A stretch of 56,085 nucleotides of DNA, the filler included, from Platydemus manokwari (Eukaryota): assembly GCA_037951405.1 (NCBI GenBank). It is 5 parts of 5 records of this genome, joined end to end, with 100 filler letters (N's around TTAATTAATTAA, not from the genome) between each part and the next. Parts side by side here need not be neighbours in the genome. Positions count along the whole stretch, not along the records: positions 45,717 to 56,085 come from JBBMOY011139439.1; 4 more parts are not named here. One strand, 5' to 3'. The translations under genes and the position numbers were made by a program. Shown here piece by piece: positions 52,201 through 56,085 of the stretch. The stretch's first letter is position 1. Each line of letters begins with the position of its first letter. The notes under the pieces were generated by a model. The model made no database searches. It saw nothing but the letters and a program-made list of their open reading frames with translations, and had not been told where the DNA came from.

Positions 52201-54459
52201 CTCATTACGACAGAATCGCTTGATAATTTTTCAAAAATCATTATTTTGTGCATCAATTAATTTGAAGATTTATTTTATTTTACTAATATTCAAAGTTTTA
52301 TGCTGAAAATATATTGACAGTTGTGATGTTGTAGGTGTTTTTCATCATAATCGAAATTTCTTTTGCTATTTTTACTGTAAGGAAAAATTTGGCACTTACT
52401 TTTACCAACATTATTGATTAATGTCTAGTATTTATTCCTATCAAGAAATTTTATTTTACTTTCCGTGATTTTAAAAATTTTTATAAATAATTTTCTTGAA
52501 TATTTTGGTTCAAATATGATTTTGCTTTGAATTTCTCAATGTGTTTTAGTTTGTAATTTAATGAAATAATTACACCAGCCAACAAATCATTTAAGGAAAT
52601 ATTTATTGATGAATTACAATTAAAAATGTACTTTTTTATTAAAATATTTATTTTCATATATCAAGATGATCTAGTAATTATTGATTTTATCCCTTCTCAA
52701 TTTCATATCATTTAGATCATTGATGTTTTGTGTGCTTGTATTTTCCTGCATTAATATGAATATGTTTAAAGGACATTCGCGATAGCAAAAGTAATCCAAT
52801 GCCATCTTTCAGTGCCATTATTGATAAATTTCATAACAACAAAACCCACTATTAATAAAAAGTTTAACATTTTCTTCATTATTTCTCTAATAAGTATTGA
52901 TTTTATTTTAATTCCAACCTTGTTTTACTGTGGAAGAGTAATTTCGGAAATTATTTTGTTGTATCTGACCTGTTTGTTTTAATATCTGGTTTGATTTTCT
53001 CGTACAAATATAGAATGTTCAACAAATTTCTCTCTTTGTCCATTGTAAGATTTGATCATGTTACCCACAGATTGATCGTTATCGACTGGAGATAAATGTA
53101 AACACATTGGCATGTAATGTGTGAAAAATAAGTTGATGGCAACCGATTATAAGATAGAATGTGATCAAGTTGATAACAGATGGAATGGAAATTATCAACG
53201 CATCTGGCAATTCAATTCACATTGTTATTGGTAGACAAACAGATCGTTTATATTTGTAAATTAGTTTTTCAAACATTCAATGTCATCAGTTCAATTTTCA
53301 TCATCGTATTTGTATTGGCAACCGAATTGCACTGCTTGTTCTGCACTTTATTATCTTATGACTTTTTCTATTATTTGACTTATGTTGACAATTGTACCTT
53401 CGGATTGTATTTTGAATTTATATATTATTTTCATATTTCTGAACTAGGACTATTATCATTCAATAAATTGGATGTATAATTTACAGTGTTGGTTGCTAAT
53501 AATAAGACAAAGTTTTTAAGAAAGTCAACAAACAAAAATATATTTGATCGAAATATGAAAATTAATTATTTAAATATATTCTAAATCATTTATTTTGTTT
53601 AAAATGATTAAAAATCATAAATATTTTTTCTATTCAGAATGTCAAGACCTTCAGAACTTTTAATATTTAAAACAAAAATTCAGATAATATGAAATTCATT
53701 TATTATATCAAAATCAAAATCAGTAATGAGAACCTGAATAATCATGGCTGTTATTACGAGTCGCACTTCCTGTTGTTACAGCGCCGATTACAACATAATT
53801 TGTTAATCATCATGAATTCACTGTTCCATTTATCTCGTCCATGTTAAATTTCAATGGTTTTGGTTTCCTATATCCACTATAATATAACAATCAAATTCCC
53901 AAAAAAAAATGAAAATTAATACTGCATTCAGTGACATCATTAAAAAATATTTGGTGAAATACATTTCATAAGTTCATATATGCGTCTTGAAATTTTACAG
54001 CAAGTTTGATCCAGCATAGTGATGTCGGTAAATTATAATATTCTAGATAAAACAGGCATGGTAATTGGAAATGTAATTGCAGAAATGATTAACACATCTT
54101 GATCTCTTTATAACCAGTGCGTTCAATCAAATAGCTGGCCATGTATTTTATTATATTTAACTTCCAAACGAAGATGATTTGAAACATTGATCCGATGTTA
54201 TTTCAAATAAATTAATATTCGTAATTATTTTTAGCACATTCCGATATCATTTAGCTCTAGTTAAGAAAAAATAATATTTTAACTCATATCAGTAATATTT
54301 ATATAGCATATCACAATTTTGTTACGAGATTCTTTGATAGGTTTGTTAGCACCGTCACATACGTTTTTAACATATAAAAAGGCACTGATTATGAAAAGAG
54401 CTCTTAGAGGTCATAAAAATTATTCTTTTAAAAATTATCAAAATTGTTTTAGTATTTCT

Positions 54460-54460
54460 C

Positions 54461-54516
<56 letters not shown>
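54460..54516. repeat. (TAA)n microsatellite
   Basis: About 18 units. It explains the poly-Ile run in ORF 54319-54525. Confidence 0.95.
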
Positions 54517-54521
<5 letters not shown>

Positions 54522-55838
54522 GTGAAGCATGCAAAAAGCAGTCCGAAACAAGTAATTAAATCTATAAAATCAGCTAAAATGGAATCCCTTTGAGAATAAA
54601 TATTATGAGATAAGTAATTCATAAGTAATCTCGATCTGAGAAAACAAACGAAATCGTTATTAATAATATGAAGAAGAAAAGAAATAATCTCTGATGAGGA
54701 AGAATGTCATCAAGCTAATGAAATAGAGTGTTGAATCGATTTGTTAAATTAAAATATTTCTTACAAAAAATAAAATTTCTGGTAATGTTGATATATATTT
54801 TTTTAATTATTTATATGGCTGGTAGTTTGAATAAGAATTTTTCTGAATATAATCATTATAATTATATATAAACAATTCAAACATTACATCAATCATCACA
54901 ATTTTTATAACAGCAATGCATTTTTGTTTGATTGATATCATTCTCATTATCTTGTTGTTATGGTGATTATCATATAATATCATATTTGTTTATTCGGATT
55001 GAGAATCTTATTTCATTCCTTCTCAACTTGTACAATTCCTTTTGGGATCAAAAGCTCTTCACCAACATCCTATTTCATTACATAAATTGATCAAATCCTC
55101 CTACAATAACTGCAATCGATTTCAATTCGAGTTTGTATTTGAAAAATTTGCTCCTGATCTATTTTTATCGATTTTTTTATTATAATATTAAATATTGGAA
55201 TTTTTTAATTCGCTAATTTTGTTTTGAATTTTGATTTCAGTAGATTGATTGTCTGTCGATAAGATTTTCTGTCAGGCACAGCATATCATGTATGGATGCA
55301 AGCATGATGAAATCATAATCTTTGAAATCATGGGTTGATCATCGTGATGGGATTCATTCAGGTGACATGCCACAGCTTATTAATGCCAATATCTACTGTC
55401 CTTGCATTTATATAACTGATCAGATTTAATAATTAATATTATTAAAACAAAATATATTCTTGTATTCTCTAAAATATTAATTTAATTCATATCATCATCA
55501 TCTGGAAGATCAATTCACAAATTTCGGGTTAATTCCTCTCTTTCTTTTTTCAATAAAAGATCTTTTTTCATTTTTATTGTAAAAAACGAAAAAATGAATT
55601 AAAAGAAACAAAAAATTAAAAGACAAAAACCAGAAGTTCTCTCAACAAATCGAATGATGAAATGGCCTGAAATAAAGCCACCCTTTAATTATTGGCCCAA
55701 TTATTTAATAATCTATTTAGAAAATATATAGGTGCGGAATGTGAAAATATTTAAAATGTTTATAACAAATTCCGCATTTATTGTTTGAATGGAATGACTT
55801 TTGGAACAAGAAACTGATGTAAGTTCTGATAAAGCTAT

Positions 55839-55925
55839 TACCGTAATCACCCTAGTATAATGCTCCCATTTTCGTCTCAAATTTCAACATTAAAAATGGG
55901 GGGAGTATTATACTTGAGTATGTAA
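55839..55925. mobile_element. End of a Tc2/pogo-like (TA-CCGTA) DNA transposon
   Basis: TA-CCGTAATCACCCTAGTATAATGCTCCC followed by an internal inverted copy GGGAGTATTATACTTGAGTA. Same family as 45717-45818. Confidence 0.55.
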
Positions 55926-56085
55926 GAAATATCAAATTGTATAATGATTATGTAATGAGATAAATATGTTTATTAACAATTTTTAAACGACAATCATTCT
56001 GATCCCCAAACAAGCATGACTGACACGCCAGAATTTAAAAGAAAGAGATCTTGTTATGAAGCTTCCTTCAAGCTTAAAGTCATAA

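Noticed and set aside
54319-54525. ORF with a poly-Ile tract, and the other short F/I/L-rich ORFs in the track
   Set aside because: They come from a (TAA)n microsatellite or random AT-rich sequence, many with non-ATG starts.

Overview
AT-rich, intron-containing eukaryotic DNA. The genes are animal-like and strongly diverged, with many 44-57 nt GT-AG introns. A reduced metazoan parasite such as a myxozoan is plausible, but that is inference only. The window is not contiguous genome: five contigs are joined by four artificial 100-nt N/TTAATTAATTAA/N linkers. Five host genes are recognisable: the 5' part of NAPRT, a PKN-family kinase (5'-truncated), a complete prosaposin-like gene with a recent internal SapB duplication, the 5' part of TRAM1/2, and a complete, N-terminally shortened RNR small subunit (RRM2). 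The rest is mostly decayed transposons: R2/NeSL-like non-LTR retrotransposon pieces (one with a Ulp1-like protease remnant), mariner, piggyBac, hAT and Tc1/Tc2-like ends, MITE-like inverted repeats, and tandem repeats. I found no convincing novel multi-gene system. The best leads are the inverted mariner-like ends bracketing the whole RRM2 contig, the protease-carrying retroelement, the saposin domain duplication, the altered PKN C-tail, and a perfect 43-bp inverted repeat. All translations and splice models were read by hand and need computational confirmation.
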